A stretch of 63,860 nucleotides of DNA, counting the filler, from Vezdaea acicularis (lineage: Eukaryota), in the NCBI GenBank assembly GCA_026025075.1. It is 3 parts of 3 records of this genome, joined end to end, with 100 filler letters (N's around TTAATTAATTAA, not from the genome) between each part and the next. Parts side by side here need not be neighbours in the genome. Positions count along the whole stretch, not along the records: positions 58,609 to 63,860 come from JAPEUI010000296.1; 2 more parts are not named here. One strand, written 5' to 3'. Made by a program: the position numbers and the translations under genes. The notes below the pieces were generated by a model. The model was given only the letters and a program-made list of their open reading frames with translations. It was not told the DNA's origin and did no database searches. Below, piece by piece: positions 61,601 through 63,860 of this stretch (its first letter is position 1; each line of letters starts with the position of its first letter).

Positions 61601-63860
61601 GTCGGTACACTTACCCTTCTGTGAACGCTCGTGCATCTCCATCGACTTGTTAAGAGATGAGGAACCCCCCCCTTTCCCGCCATCACCATCACCATCACTC
61701 CTCCGCGTCAACACCAGCCCATCATCTCCACCCCTCCGACACGAGAAGGTCCTTCTGGCCCTTTGGGCATCAACGGGCGCAGAGACATGCCTTCCCGCCC
61801 GGGACGGAGCGCAATCAAAAAGGCGTGATGGGGGGGGGGGAGGGCCCTTTCCTGATCTGCACCCGATAATCTCACGGTTTATCGAAAAAAGCGAGGCGCA
61901 ATCAGGGCTCAACCCCGGCCACCTGACCTGGCCTCGTCGCACCGGGCGTGCTGCTTGTAGAAGTAATGTTCGCCTCTCGACCGCGCGCAACGAGGTTGTG
62001 TGAGATGTTCATCGTGCTCGTGCAGTATTCTCCTCATGTTCTCTCTTCTCATGGAGCTCTGTCCTCGCTGCAATCCCGCCCCCGCCTCCACCAACATCCC
62101 TCCCTTCCCGACCCGTGAGTGACTTTGGGAGCTCCCACCGCAAATGAGTGACCGATTCGGCCCGGTTGGCCTCGGTGCCTCGCCTGTCCTGTCCCCGTGT
62201 GTGTGATCGTCAGCGACATGGAGCGGTCCCCCGTCATCTCACTGGCACTGTATCACCCCCCATCACGCCTCACTCGAAAAGCTCTGGGAGCTGGCCGCAC
62301 GTCTTGTCTCTTGACATCTTGTCCGCTTGGTCGTCGTCTCGAAGCTCCTCGCTCATCCCTGCTAGCCCGGACCAATCCCCTCGTGCGCCCTCGCTTTGCG
62401 CGAGCCTCGTCGTCCGATTCGGCGAACACCGCGCGCGAGTCACCAGCACCCCTCTCCATCCTCCACATCCATCACCTACAAGCTCTGCAACGCTCTGGCC
62501 AACAAAGTCGCCGCATAACCGCCCACCCTCGCGCTCACCTGACTGAAAAGACACCGAGGAGCCGGTTCACTAGGACGACGAGGGCGCGCTCAACTCCCGC
62601 ATTGGCTGGGTGCCCGGCGAATGATGTCGGGCGAATGAACAAGTAGAGCGTTGCCGGTGTCAGATGCGAGGCACAGGCCTATGCAAGGTACACACTGCGC
62701 CGAATCAAGCCCCGTTTCTGTCTGACGTTTTGAAGATTGGGTGAGGGTGGTGGACTGGGTTTTTTGAGTTTCGCCCGCCTCGTCCGAATCGGGATGAGGG
62801 CGGCATCACCAGATATTGCGGGGGAGAGAGAGAGAGATGTCACGTTCCCCCGTCCACGCAACCGCACGGCATGCCATGAAATGACCTCTTCGGAACATCG
62901 TCCGTCCGTGTGCCATCATCAGACCCGGCCCCTAAATCACCCTTCTAAAATAAGCTTCTCCAACCACATTCCCGCACATCCTGGCGTACACACATGTACT
63001 ATACACCCATCACCATCTGCATCGTCAACATATCAAATCACACACCCGTCACTTCCTCCTGTATCCACCATCCACCACCCACCAACCCTCCCTCCCCTTC
63101 CCGCCTCGTTACCACATCTTTCCCCCCATCTCGCATCCTGCACGTTGGAGCACCCTCCCCAGATTTACGGGGCCCTTCCCTGCCTGCCGCCGTCCTCGCA
63201 AGGAAACGGAGTGGTTACATACCCTCCTCATTTCCCTGCTCCTCGTATCGAGACAGGGGGGCTTTCACTTTCCGCATCTTCATTTCCTTGTCCTGTCTGC
63301 ATTCGTCTCTTGTCGTCTGTTGTCTTGCCCGTGTGCGTGCGGCTATGTACTTTAATGTGCTGTAATATAAACTAAACCGTGAACTACACCATATGCAACA
63401 GCGGCCCGTCGCCATGCCATCTCGCTCGCCTACGCCCGCGGGCCTCATGCATGCAATGCATACGTAGAGGTTATTGGTGCTGGTGCTACTCACTCCTCGC
63501 TACTTGCGCGCGTGAACTGTTTTGTCATCCTCATCCTCCTCCCCCCCTTCATCCCTCCTTTTGGGTCTGTTTGTAAAGCTGCACGCGGGCGAGTGTGTAT
63601 GTATGTATGTGATTGGGATTGGCTTTGGGATGGGATGGCTGTCATTATCATCGCCCCCCTCACCAGCTGCCTATCCCCTTAAGCTTCTAGAGACGCCTAA
63701 ATTCATGAAGGGAGGCTAAGAGCGTTGGTTTCTGCTTCAGTCGATTTGAGGAGCTAGGAAGTGGGAGGGTGAGGAGGTTGTGAGGTTGAGTTGTTGGAGA
63801 ATGGATCAGGAACCAATTGGGGAGAGGGGAGGGGGGGGGGGGGGGGGGGGGGGTCAGGGG

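Overview
Eukaryotic genomic DNA from a filamentous ascomycete (Pezizomycotina-type genes, short GT-AG introns with CTRAC-like branch points, TTAGGG telomere). The window joins three contigs with an artificial 100-nt spacer (44 N + TTAATTAATTAA + 44 N) at 29535-29634 and 58509-58608, so adjacency across those points is not biological. Contig 1 (1-29534) is gene-dense and ends in a telomere about 0.9 kb after SEC72. It carries a secreted alpha/beta-hydrolase-fold protein, a MARVEL-like membrane protein, a Gfo/Idh/MocA oxidoreductase, a GT2 glycosyltransferase, ARB1, cyclin H, an intron-containing tRNA-Met, a WD40 protein, a NIPA transporter, a small complex I subunit gene missed by the ORF track, CAF1, a copper amine oxidase and SEC72. 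Contig 2 (29635-58508) is gene-sparse: three transcription factors (mtfA-like C2H2, Zn2Cys6, areA) with very long non-coding leaders, two 5S rRNA genes, an APH-type kinase pseudogene, SUB2 and RPR2. Contig 3 (58609-63860) looks non-coding and GC-rich. The strongest candidate for an undescribed element is a 501-nt SUB2 first intron with nested long-range base pairing. Two apparent pseudo-enzymes and an abrupt telomere junction are also notable. All calls come from reading and hand translation; no searches were run.
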